In this document: one piece after another, positions 42,905-55,307 of the stretch
Layout: every line of letters starts with the position of its first letter
Numbering within the stretch: position 1 is the stretch's first letter
DNA from: Paecilomyces variotii
Lineage: Eukaryota
Direction: 5' to 3' (one strand)
DNA: 64,000 bases
Assembly: GCA_004022145.1 (NCBI GenBank)
Contig: RCNU01000012.1
Notes under the pieces: generated by a model
What the model was told of the DNA's origin: nothing
The model's input: only the letters and a program-made list of their open reading frames with translations
Database searches by the model: none
Position numbers and translations under genes: made by a program

Positions 42905-45800
42905 CGTGATCGCAAATTATGGAGTAGCAGCTGTATACGAGGCTCTATCAGACAGCGTTCATATCCAGCTGGCCACTGTTCGTCAAAAAAAGGTTCATGA
43001 CAAAGCAGGAGGGCAGCAGCCAAGGTCGGTGGATGTTGTTACATATGTATCTCTATACTCCACCCGTTTTTTCGAGGCCCTTTCGTCCGACACCAGGGGG
43101 GGCTTCTATGATGCGACGCAGAGCTGATGGAAAACAGCCAGATGGGGAAAGCTCTCACACGGCAAGTGGCAACGCAACGGTGCTAAAGTTTAAAGATACC
43201 GTTATGGATACTAACTATATAGCAAGGTTTTACCGTCTGATCAGGCTCTCTTTAAGGGGCAAGTTGGTGGTCCTGTCATGCATAATTTAAATTCACTCTG
43301 CCGTGTTCCTCGTGGAGACCATCCACTGCATGAAACATGGCACGACGGGCAGAGTCCACTTTCCAGAAAAGCCGGCACGCCGCTTCTCCAGCAAGCGTCC
43401 ATTAGCGCCGTTGCTGAAGGTTACAGACCCCTGAAGAACAAGGTATATAGCAGATGATCCAGCCCGTCGGTCAAGTTGAAGAAAGGTTAATTGAGCTTAA
43501 CATGGAGACTAGGATAACGACCAGTCTCGGTAGTCAAGTCTCCCGGCATCTAGTAGTCTTCCCGTTTGCGCCTAGCCAGCTGGCGAGTTATACGAACCAG
43601 CTCCAGAGCAAATTGCGAGTTATACGAGAGGAGGAGTCGATTAAGCGACGCGGCGTCCGGGAGCCTTTCCGCAGTGGGTATTTAGTCGCTGGGGACCGAG
43701 TGTTTCCCGGGTCCATCGAATTACGCTTTATACCAAGCGCCAACACGGTATACCGGTCAGAAAGTAGTGGCGAGCCCGACGACAAAACACTTTCCGAGCA
43801 GACTGGATGGTATCTAGATACCTGGTCGAGGAGAAGACTTAGCAGGTCAGAAAAGGCCTCACTACCATTTCCCGTCCTCAGTATCTATTTAGATGGTTCT
43901 TCTTCTCGGAAAGTGATATGGCTGGAGAAGGATCGAGAATAGTTCCCTAGGTAAATACGGAGTACGTATTCCCCGCTGGAAGACGGACCCGTCCAGTAAC
44001 TAACTATCTATCTATCTATCTAGTAGTTATACATACTCATCGAGGTTCTTCCAACTTGCCAAGTCTCTCCTTGCCACCAGCCAACATTATTATTGTTATA
44101 TCATGGGGTAGTTATCCGGGGTAGACATACATACAATGTTCCTCGTCCTGTCCGGCTGTCAGCTAATTACACCATAAATTGTTATGCTACCTATCAGATA
44201 ACTCTATAACCTGGACCTGTGGGCATTGACTTCTCGGCTGTGGCCCTTCCCGTGGTACTGCTTCAGCCATAACTACCGCCTGTGGGACTTAGCGAGGGAA
44301 CCGTTTGAGACAAGCACCAGTATTAATGGGTACGTTCCCACCCTGTCGCGTTATGGGCAAAGCTGCTAGCCTACAGGTCCACAATCTATTCGAGGTAATA
44401 ATTGAGTTGTGCCAGTAGTAGTATCTACTTCGAAAGGCGAATAATACGGAGTACGGAGTAATAATAATAATAATAATGAGTGCATGATAGAACTGGGTCC
44501 TTCTTCCCTGTCGTCGCTGTCAAGAGGACCCAGAAATTGGGAGCTGGAACAGGCTCCCGCTGTCATCTATGAGATCCGTTGATCTACTGCGTACTCTGCA
44601 GCAAAAAGCGAAAAGTTTACTAGATATTAGATGGCTCATCTAGTCCCTATTAGGAATGTGTGGGAGACTGCCAGGTGCCCGGGCGGCCCCAGTAGCCGAG
44701 CGATCTTAGGTGGAACTTCTTAGGTACAGTGTACACTTTGGGTATCTGCTCGGCAAGATTCTATTTTCAATTCAGATCAGCAGAAACTTCCGCAAAGATG
44801 GACGCCACTATTGAATTGTGCGTGTCTTGTGGAATGCTTAGCACTGGCATAATCGTTATACAATGCCATATACATAGTTAACTAGTTTGACTATTGCCTC
44901 AATCAATCTTACTACTACACAAATATATGTATGTACTGTAGATACATGTATCTGCATGAAGCGTACAGGACCCGTGTTTGCAGCAAATTCCTGCAGAATT
45001 ACGAGGGTGAAACCGTTTAAACTTCAGCAGCCTGAGAATGGAGCCGTAGGAGTCGTCACCCTTCACGAGGCTATTGCCTCATAGTCTGGTTCAGGGGTTC
45101 AATTCGCAATGATGGAGGTTGAAATAATAGCAAACTTGGTAGTTAGTGCGGTACTCAAAATCTTAACAGGGCGATATTATTATGATAAGGGTATGTATGA
45201 TTCGACGTGATATGCGATATGCCTGCCTGTTCGTATTTAGAGTAGAGAACCACGGAAAGATCTAGGGCCCTTTCCGCTCGGGTGTTAACTTTCATGAGTC
45301 TAGAACAGCCGAATATGACTAGTTTATTAGATCGTAAACAACAACACTCGGTGTCGAAGATCATACCATAGACAGGGGCAACATCGCTTGAGTATTGTGG
45401 CCACAGTCACAGTGCCACACCGCATCGTGAAGAGGCTGAAGGGCTGAAGGGCTGAGTTCGACTTCCCCCCTCCCCTAAAAAAAAGGTTATAAACCACAAA
45501 GCGTCGCGAGTCTTGACCTAAAATGGGAAAGTGAAATCGACTCGAACGTCGCACGTATTTGCTATCTAGTTTTTCATTGTATGTGTTCATTTTCTGAAGA
45601 AATATATTGGTGAAACAGAAGTATTCAAGGGGTATCAAAAGCCTGATGATTGCCGCTCCCATGCAACCCTCCCCGCCGCCCTCTGTCCATGTCGTGTCTC
45701 TTGGGTTCATGGCTTTGACAGTCCATATTGGCCCTCATGAAGGAGGACTACGGATCTGAGAGCTTAATCCTAAACAGTAGTCGGTCAAGCCGGACCTACA

Positions 45801-47084
45801 TTAAGCGAATTTCCTGTGGATCACCTCAGGATCCTCGTGCCATTCATCCGCGCTGACCCACATCTAGATAAAAGATATATTAGCAGACGCCCTCGAAGGT
45901 GACTTGCGAGGTACACGATATAGGGGCTTATCTTACCTTTCTGAATGTATTCAATCCCGCCAGGATACCTCCTCCAATCCAGGTAGTGTACTTTCGTTCT
46001 GCAGGTGCAGAAATTCTGATCTTCATGTCCTCGACGGCGAGTCTCTTGATTTCGCGCATCAGACGATCTGGGAAATTCTTACATAGAGTCGAACCGCCAG
46101 AGAGGACGATATTCAGGTACAGCGACTTGCGGAGATCCAAGTCCGTGCGGGCAATAGCATCCTGCACAATCTGGTGGACACCGGGATACTCGAGGCCAAT
46201 GATCTCTGGGTCGAAGAGGATCTCAGGAGCGCGATAACGTTCTTGGCCAATCTATAATGGTATTAGCTCTGGCCACTCTCCCTTTACTAAGAAAAGCCCA
46301 TCTTCCCAAAACGTACCTTGATTTTGTGGCCGTCGGGAAGAACATAATCTACCGTCTTAGATTCCGATTTGTGGTAGCTGTTCATCCAGTCTTTCTCCTC
46401 CCGCTTTGGATCCAATGACACGTAGCACACCTTCTCCTTGATCTGCCGCACGACCTCCTTCTCTGCGCTTGTGTGCAGGACGTGGCCGTTCTTCCGCAGC
46501 AGCAGTTGCATCTGCTCAGTCACGTCTCGACCTGCCACGTCTATTCGCCGTATACTGTTTGGTACGGCGAAACCCTCGTACACCGGCACTGCATGCGAGA
46601 CTCCGTCTCCTGAGTCCAAAACGACGCCCGTTGTCCGCCCAGAAGCGTACAGAGACAGCACGGCTTGGATCGACGTGTATAAGGCGGGGATATTGAATGT
46701 TTCGAACATAATCTGGGCGGCGATGTCGCGGTTCTTGCGGGGGTTCAACGGCGGCTCGGTCAGGAGAACCGGATGCTCTTCGGGAAGCGTCTTCAATTCG
46801 CTCTCGTAAACATGATGCCATATTTTTTCCATATCATCCCAGTCCGTAACAATTCCATGCTCCAACGGATATCGAATCTTCAAGAGACCCCGTAGTTCTT
46901 GCGCCCGCTGTCCGATAAACACGTCTCCTTCCAGACCACCCGCCATCACGCGCGGGTGTTTCGGTCGCCCGACAAAGGAGGGGAAGTAACATGACGGGAT
47001 TTCTTCTCCTGCGAAGCCTGCGCGTATCGTACCGCTCCCGTTGTCTATGACAATCGGAACATTGTGAAGAGTGGCTTCCGCCAT
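45801..47084 (-). CDS. ARP1: Actin-related protein Arp1 (centractin, dynactin)
   Basis: [62 protein letters not shown] and [10 protein letters not shown]. Introns 46252-46316 and 45864-45936. Confidence 0.95.
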
Positions 47085-48071
47085 AGCGACAAGATCGAAG
47101 GATAGATCGGGGGTGTTTGCGATTGGGACAGGGTGGCAGAGGCGGCAAACGCGTGGGGTGAGATGCCGCCGCGCCTTTGCTCCAGTAGACAGAAGACAGA
47201 GAAGAATCAAGGCCCGCTAACAATCTAGATATGGCATCGACATCCAGAAGGGACGCGTTATGGTGGCGGGGGATTCAATTATTCGACGTCGGGGGTTCAG
47301 TCCGCGGACAAAGTCGCTCCAGGAGTTGTCCCAACTTTCCGTGCCGTCAACAAGGAGCTTGGGCCAACACGGAGACCCGACAGCCACGCGGAACATCTAG
47401 TTAGTTATTACTTCTTGATCATCTATGTTCTCTCTATCTGTGGATGCAATTGCTTTCAGCTCAATCCTGTGATTGAAAGATTGTGATCGAGCATTTTCCT
47501 AAGCATTAGATACATGCAGTCCCTACTGGTCGAAATAAACACGCATTGTCCATCAACCATTCCCTTCCAGGCTAAAAAAGCAGTAAACCTTGGAATACCA
47601 CCTGGTAGAGCGCCAAAACACCAGAAGACTCCTCCAATTCACTTTTTGTTTTCATTTTTTATTTTGCTCTTAATCAAACCGAACTGAGAAATATGCCGAA
47701 GATTGCATTGTTGAAGTCCAAAGCCTGGGCTTAATCGCGCGGGTTCAATCGCAAGATGTTACTGGTGTGGTCCAGGGTTGCATATCAGGTTACGGAGTCA
47801 CTGGAAGGTCTGCTGGTTCAAAGACAGATGTTAATCGTGACCATGGGGTGCTCCTCAGCATCATACAGCTGGCGGCGACGGGTGCTGTTACGGCGCTCCT
47901 GGCGGGCGGGAACACAGTCCGAGCATTGGCAGTCAGTATCCTGAGGGGTTCCTGGGTTATTTTGAGCTGGACGAGCCCGGGCTGGTGCTGCTGAGACAGG
48001 CACATTGATGTTCACCGTGTAGCCACCTCCACGGGAAGGGTAAGTAACAGGGGGACGTGGATAGAAACCCT

Positions 48072-48787
48072 TCAATCAACAAAACCCATCTCGTCAGCCA
48101 TTACCTCCGCCAGTGCGTTTTTGGTTCTTGCCTCCTTCGCGCTGCGCGGCCAGTTATGCAAATAGTAGCGGAGATCCTCCGCCCTCTGAACAGCATCGTC
48201 AACATCCCTAACAAGACGTCAGTGCTGTAACCACCCATATTTTCACAAAGGGACTGACACATACTGCAAATGACAAGCAGCAACGTATCCATTTTTCTGG
48301 AGCTGTTGAGCCAGCTCTTCCTGGTGATTGTCCTGAAGACTAGGATTGGGCACAACTACAATGGGAACAGAAATACGAATTGCTTCCAAAATAGTGCCAG
48401 TGCCTGGAGAGACTGATGTCAACAATATTTATGCATCTGGAGTCTGGGGATCAGACCTGCATGACTGAGGATCATTCCTTCCTCACGACCTTCTTCTTCA
48501 TTCGGCTTGGTCAGATGGATGATTTTTTCGAGACCCTCCTTCTTGAAATCAAAACCGTTGATCTCCAGGCCATGGCGTCCAGAGCTCCGAGGAGGATGGT
48601 CTTGGAGAAACTTGTCAAGGATGGGACGTCCTCCTTTACCATACTGGATAAGCAGGTTGGTGTAATCGAACCTTTCCAGCTGGACCAGAAAAGAGTCCTC
48701 TAAGACTTTGTGCAGCAGCGCGTCAAAGTCAGCAGTAGCGCCGATAGTGACGAAGCACAGCTTCTTGGGCGAAGCGCGAGTCCCCAT
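48072..48787 (-). CDS. ALG13: UDP-GlcNAc transferase catalytic subunit Alg13 (GT28 C-terminal domain)
   Basis: FVTIGAT.DFD.L, IQYG, SHAG|TGTILEA and VVPNPSLQDNHQEELA motifs. Introns 48404-48456 and 48208-48264; ends EVMADEMGFVD-TGA. Confidence 0.93.
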
Positions 48788-49122
48788 CCTTCAGGATTTC
48801 CAGATTAGGAAGTACCTGGTCCGGGCTGTCTACTTCAGTTCAGCTCAACCACGACAGGATAAAAATGCAGCAATCCAAAAGAGTCAGTCAAGAAGCACAC
48901 TTGTGAGCAAAAAGAACACCGCCAAGTGTCTGGAGAAGTGAAGCAGGACAACTGACAGCTCAACAAAGCTCGCGGGGTGTTCTTTCTGGGGGGACCGGAG
49001 CGACGTTTTCCCGATCCCGTTAGCGCATCCGTGCCGACGGGCGATCTCCGACAAAACATCCGGCGAGCGCAGGCAAAGAGACAGGAAAAAAGGCCTGTCG
49101 TTGTTCTCTCTCATCAGCAACA

Positions 49123-50382
49123 ATGGCCACTGCAGCGAGGTCCATGAGCCGGCAGGCTCTGTTCCTCGCCAGGCGAGGGCCTGTTCGACAGAACACGGCA
49201 TTTCAGAACCCAGTCGCGGCACAGTCTCGCTTCTTTTCAGCTTCGCCCTACAACTACCTGCCGGAAGACCCTCCAGTGCCTCCTCCTCCCAGGGACCCGA
49301 GGCCGGAGGATATGGAGCCTCTGCCTGAGTACTCTCCGGAACATCTCAGCAAGGAAGAGCGCTCGATGTATGAAATGATGGGGCCGGAAGACCGACAACT
49401 TTTCGATGCCGAGAACCGCAAATTTGTGGAGGAGTACAACGATCCCGCTAAACGAGCAGCCATGTTTGCGGAGATCGACAGAGGCGTCAACCAGATTGAA
49501 AGAGAGCAGCCCATGAAATTCGAGGATATCCGTGAAAAACAACGTGGTTTCTGGGCGGAAGAGGAAGACGACGAGTTTGGTATTGTAGAGGATGGTGACG
49601 AGGAATTCAACGACGATGAGATCACATCAATGGCACATGCAGAGTTGGAGTTGCACCGTGAAATCAGAGAATATGCAAGAATTGCAGCGTGGGATATGCC
49701 GCTGCTGAGCAGTACGGCCCTCCGTCTCATCTTCATTCACTGAGCGGACCGCTAATTTTTTTGTACTACAGAATTCGCAGAGCCATTCGTTTTACCCTCC
49801 AAAGAGCAACTTCTCCGCTTCCGATACACCACCTACATGGGTGAGCAGCACCCGGCTGAGCCCAAGGTAGTTGTGGAGCTCAGCTCGAAGGACCTGGTTC
49901 CCAAGCATCTTAGCGAAAAACAGCGCCAGACATTCCTCAAACTCGTCGGACCCCGTTACAACCCAGAAACAGACATCGTTCGCATGTCCTGTGAAAAGTT
50001 CCCCCACCGCGCTCAGAACAAGCGATACCTGGGCGACCTAGTCAACTCGCTGATCAAAGAGGCTAAAGAGGGTGACTCTTTCGAGGATATTCCCCTTGAC
50101 CTACGGCATCACAAGCCCAAGCCTAAGATCTACTTCCCCGAATCCTGGAAGTTGACAGAGGAGAGAAAGAAGCAGCTGGCCGCTACACGGAATCAGCGAC
50201 AAATCGCCGAGCAAGAACGGCCGCTTATCGTAGACGGCAACGATGTGGTTGCACTTGCCGTCAAGACACTACCTGCCTTGAACACGGCATTGAACTTGAA
50301 GGCCGCTGAGGAGCGGGAGCGCGTTGCCGTCAAGGTCAGCGCTAAGGCACAGAAGAAGGGAGCGCAAAAGCTGCGGAGGTAG
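49123..50382 (+). CDS. RSM24: Mitochondrial small-subunit ribosomal protein Rsm24 (mS35)
   Basis: Mitochondrial presequence, REYARIAAWDMPLL, LRFRYTTYMGEQHPAEPKVVV, LVGPRY, MSCEKF...QNKRYL and FEDIPLDLRH. One intron near 49712-49771. Confidence 0.93.
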
Positions 50383-51223
50383 AGCAACACTACGTGATAA
50401 CGCTAATGGGACAAGCAATCTAGACGGTTGGAGCAGCGTCTTTCTATCATGTATTCTAGACAGTTCTGATCTCCAATGTACCATAACTTTCCAATCTGTT
50501 ATTTTAAGATCGAGAACCACATGGCTGACAGGTTGAGGTTCCGCACGTGGCCTGATATATCCAGAAGCATAGCCGATTACGAAATAGGACCGAGTAAAAC
50601 TTAACACTTTGGTCTGCCATTGACTATTTATCACAGGAAAAGGAAAGAAAAGGGGGCCAATCTTGAAAGAGAAACCAGTTCAGAAACGTACAAAAAAACC
50701 ATCTCAGGTGGGAAATCCAGGGCTCAATTTGAGGTTTCCATTTGGGGGATAAATTGAAAAACAAGAGGGCTCTTTATAGGACATAGCCATCGGTGTGCTT
50801 TATGATATACACCTCATCCAGAAGGCGAAGACCAACTAGCATCGGTGAGAGGATTCCGACTGCGAATATTCCAGTGCCAGGACACAAAAGGGGGAGGACA
50901 AATACAGTGTGTCTCACGTTATGTGTGTGGATGGGGTGTTGATAATAATAAAACAGAAGACAGGGGGGCGGAAGAAGAAAATCTGTTCCATCATCTCGAA
51001 CCAGGGGTGGGGTGCAGATAATTTCTTTCCCATCATACCCAAACCGTGAATGATCCATGTGTTTGGTATATTTAACCCTGGGTAGGTAGGGGAAGGAAGG
51101 AGGATAACAGAAAAGGTTGTGGGAGAGAGATTCGTCGTCTCAACAGCGCGTAACTACCGGGCAGACCTGGAGTTGTTCCCACTTTCAATCTTTCAAAACA
51201 TCGTTCTTCGAACTTTACTTCAT

Positions 51224-52950
51224 TCATTCATCATCGTCATCCTCCAGACCGAGGCCGAACAAGTCATCCGCGAGAGGATCCATGGGGGCCTTACCCTTAC
51301 CCTTCTTGTAGTTGGGTTTCGGGAGGGGACTCATCGAGTGGGCTATGTTGTGGTTGTTCTTCTTCCCCTCGCCGATAGCCCCAAGAGGGTTTGCGGAAGT
51401 CAAGGAATCTGAATGGCAAGAGGGAGAGTCAGTGGAAGGTGATCCAACACGAGAGGAACTAGCAGACGAAACACGATGACCCGGTCCAGAGAGAGAAAGA
51501 TAAGTAGTGCTCTGAGAGCTGCTCTTGGAGTCAGGAGAGGCAGCACGGGAAATCCTCGCATTGCCACCACTATTGTTCTTTCCCCTGAAGGATGGGGTTT
51601 CCACGATGACCTGGTTCTTGGCTGGAGCCTCCGCAGGGACACGAGGCTGGTACAGACGACGAGACTTCACGGGCTTCTTGGACCGCATCTGAGTAGGAGA
51701 GCCGAAATTGGCATGAATAGCGGTCGGCGCGTGGCTGCCTCCAGGTCCTGACATGAGAGACTGCATGCTGCGGACAAACTCGTGGTGATGAACTAGCTCT
51801 GCATCCTCAGAGCTGCTCTTCTCTCCATCACTTGAGTTTCTGCGGATCGGGTCAAGCGTGGGATAGCCGGGAAGTGGATCGAAGGAAAGGAGATCAATCT
51901 TCTTGGTGGATGGATCATGCATACCGGGAATATTTTTCGGTGCGTGCTTCTGAGAATGGATGCCATCACCCATGTAGGGGGTCTCGCGGCCAGTGTGATT
52001 CTGTGCCCTCATGGCGGCTGGTGCCTGTGGGATCGAAGGCTGATTGACTGTCTTGTGTCTCGACTGGTTGTCTGGTCCAGGAATATCATCACCGGCGGTG
52101 ATTCCCAGTCTAAGGTGATACGGAAGCGTCCTGGTCGTTGAGTTGAGACCACGGTCCTGGGCAGAGGTGACCTGGTGACGTCCGTGGTGTCCATTTGGCA
52201 AAAGGCTTGGGATGCCGTGCTTCTCACGATACCAGCGAGGTATGTCGCGGAGACCCAGTTTTTCGAGAGTGGGAAGATCCTTAGGCATTTCATGCTTGTA
52301 GAGACATCCTACAATACATGATCAGTGCGCTGTTCTAGGCTTCTTCAAATGATACCTACTGACCTTGCTGCTGATAGTCACACTCGCCGTGACGGATCCA
52401 GTAGGAACAGAACTCCTTCTTGGGATTATGGGTCACGTTGCCATCACGTCTTCCGCTATTCTATATAGATTGTCAGTAATCTTTTACTGTGTCTTCTCGA
52501 GAAAGCTATATATCCTACCGATCTAGCACCTCCATGTCCAGCAGTGTTTGCTGGTCCCCATGGGCCAACTGCAGGACTAGGGATAATCCAGTTTTGAGGC
52601 AAATTCTGCTGGAGCATTGTCTGGAGGGCAAGACGCTGACTCGGGGTGAGGTTTTCGTCAGAAGCCACTCTCATGATCGAAGTCTGAAGGTTCACATCTT
52701 GAAGGAACTGGTTAGGTGGCCCAGGAGTTGGGACACGCGGGTTGATCAGAGGAACACCCTCAACAACATAGAACTGCGCGCGAGGAGGGATAGATCCCAA
52801 GCTCGTCATTCCTTGAGTTTCACTTGGTGCGAGGACTCGTGGGACACCACGGATCGAGATCTGCGCAGGAAGCTCGTCGACCGCGATCATGGGTGTCATT
52901 GTACCGTTCGGACGAGAAATGAAGAACTGCGGGCGCAGCGGAGAAGCCAT
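51224..52950 (-). CDS. CCCH zinc-finger protein
   Basis: N-terminal PQFFISRPNG..TP.IAVDELP. The spliced finger KKEFCSYWIRHGECDYQQQG|CLYKHEMP (C-x8-C-x6-C-x3-H) is followed by GLRDIPRWYRE and a long disordered tail. Two introns. Confidence 0.85.
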
Positions 52951-54652
52951 CTTGACTCAGAGTGATGATAATGAAGAAAGACGCGTCTATCTTGTGAAGA
53001 AATGTATCCTCTAGCTATAATGAGGTGGGAAGATGCTAGACAGGTAAATCTGATATGAGAAAGTAAGATAGGAAAAACAGAGGGTAGAAGAACAAGTTGC
53101 TTGAAGGAAGGTGATGAGGAAACAGAATAACTTATGAATGGGGGGCAGGCAGAATATTATTGAAAACAAGTGATTGTGTGTCAGTGAAGGAGAGCTCTGC
53201 TTTGCTCAAAGAAATCTCCAGATGTGTTTCTCAGACAGACACGCTCAAAGAAACCAGCCACCAGTGAATTAACTGTCAGGCAAACACCACCACACCAGAC
53301 AAGGCTAATAAGCATGTGACCAAAGTTTTATAGCTATGAGAGACCAAATATGATAGAGAATCTCCAATAGAAATGTACTTTCATTTAAAAAGAATACCAA
53401 GATAAAATGCCCTTGTGTGCTGAATAGAAACTGGATGGCAACACCCACTGGAGTGATAAAAGCTGGGTGGGATCCTGCCAGGGTAACTAGGGGAAGACGC
53501 AAGATGGAACTTTCCATCAGAGTCCTGGGAGTCCGCCTTTATGCATTGTGAGCCATCTGTGTTTGTCAAAAAAGAATTTAAAAAAGGCCAGTCATTCACT
53601 CCAGATGTGGTTTGCCCCGGCAGATGGGTCGTGGTTGTCGGTACAACCAACTGAATTTGCGTGTCGGATGGCTGCATATAGCGCTTCAGATTTGCCATTT
53701 TTGCTTCATATTGAGAGTTTCAGCCTAAGAGGAAGACTAATCAGTGTCCTATACAATTACCCGTGAACCATTGAACTGTATGCTTGATTATATTACCTTG
53801 AATCTACGAGAAAGGACGGGCAAAACTGTACACTCGTCGATTTCGGTAATGGCTGCACTCCGTACACCTGCGTCGATGCTCTTAAATCCTTCACGAACAA
53901 ATTCCGGGGAGAGGTCGACGTCAGTACCTTACTTGCTTTGGGATTAAGTGAGCACTTTCTGATTGCCGGCTAGATGCTATTATCTGCGCTATACTCCGAT
54001 AGACCTTGATAGGGCTGATTGCTTGGCAGTAAAGGAGAAGCCTTGAGGCTTGTGGCGTCGGGCCTATGATCACCAGGAAACTAGCTTAAACCATTCACAT
54101 TATCTAGGTCCAAATCCTTATGCGGTTCAGGTCCTTTGGCCAGGAAAGATGATTCTTTCCCCATTTTTTTGTTCTAGAAGGCTGAGCAACCATGTGGGCT
54201 CTCCATAGTGATGAGCTTGGATTCTTCTTTTTCTGTTATGAATAATAGAAAGCCAAACGGTATGTGACAATAAGCCATTTATCTTTTAAATAATGCCTAG
54301 TGACAAGCCTTCCTCCGAGATAGCAAGAGATATCTGTAATTGAACGACGTTCTAGTCGTAACCCATCGCTCTCGGACAGGAATCCTCAATTCTCTCAAGC
54401 TAATTGAATACTCACACCGGCAAGAGGCATTTGACTGTATATGCCTAACTACTTTAGTAGATCAATGCTTCTTCATGGGGAGATAAAAGCATAGTGGAAA
54501 GGTCCTTTAACACCGAACATTACAATCCGGATACGTGAAGAGTATTTTCTACAGAGACTGAAATGTGTTCTGATAAGTGGGTAGTGCGTTTCCATTAGAT
54601 ATTATTCCTAAATATTTTCACATGAGGAACAACCGGAAGCATTGAGAGCCCT

Positions 54653-55307
54653 TTACAGAGAAAGACCGGTGAGACCCTCGGAGAGACCGGTGAGAAGGCC
54701 GTCAAGAAGCTGCTTGACAAGGGCAAGCAGCTGGTTAACAACGACTTCAAGAGACGCGAGAAGTCCACCCAAGCTGCCGACGAGAGGTCCAAGGAAAGAC
54801 AGAGTAGCAGGGAGACCAAGACTGGAGATAACGTTGTCCAGAGTGCCGCTAACCTCAAGCAGGAGGTTGGTCACCAGCGGGGCGAGGTCAATGTCAAGGT
54901 CAACGGTCTGACGAGTAGCAATGGTCGAGTTCTTGAGGGCCATGGCGTGCTTGTGGATGCCCTGGACCTGGGAGGTAGCCTGGACAACGGCAGAGTTGAT
55001 AGCTGCAAGCTCGGCGGTGATAGCCTTGCCGGCGGCCTGCTGCTCCTCAAGGGGAGAGGACTGGGAGACACCAGCAGCGGTGGAGTCTGGTATTATGGTT
55101 AGATCAGTCGATTATCTTCTCATAAGGTACAGGTAGATACTCACTGATCTTGGCAGTGTGCTCCTGGACGGTAGAGAACAGGGTAGAGATGACAGCCGTG
55201 GGGTCAGTGGCCTCGACAGGCTTGGAGATAGAGCTGAGGGCGGTAGGAGCCGCGGAAACAGCAGAGAAGACCGCGAAGGTCGGGACCAGCAGACTGAGGA
55301 ACTTCAT
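54653..55307 (-). CDS. Small secreted Cys-free Leu/Ala-rich helical protein (198 aa)
   Basis: Signal peptide MKFLSLLVPTFAVFSAVSA. Intron 55087-55144 (GTGAGT...CAG) joins the two ORFs in frame. Strong codon bias; TATATAA at 55438-55444 on the minus strand. Confidence 0.88.

Noticed and set aside
43454..43942. 162-aa plus-strand ORF upstream of the PTH11-like gene
   Set aside because: No motifs, no codon bias and no splice or promoter support. It cannot be called without expression data.
37878..43950. Possible terminal inverted repeats CTAGGGACTATT (37878) and AATAGTTCCCTAG (ending 43950) around the MBL/PTH11 interval
   Set aside because: The match is only about 12 bp with a gap, does not extend, and no transposase is present. 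It is compatible with chance.
48081..48087. Slippery heptamer G-GGT-TTT near the ALG13 end as a -1 frameshift route into the downstream frame
   Set aside because: The -1 frame hits TGA almost immediately (GGG TTT TGT TGA), before the 83-codon frame opens.
53381..53698. 105-aa minus-strand ORF upstream of the CCCH gene
   Set aside because: No recognisable family. It may be leader or intergenic sequence, and the evidence is insufficient.
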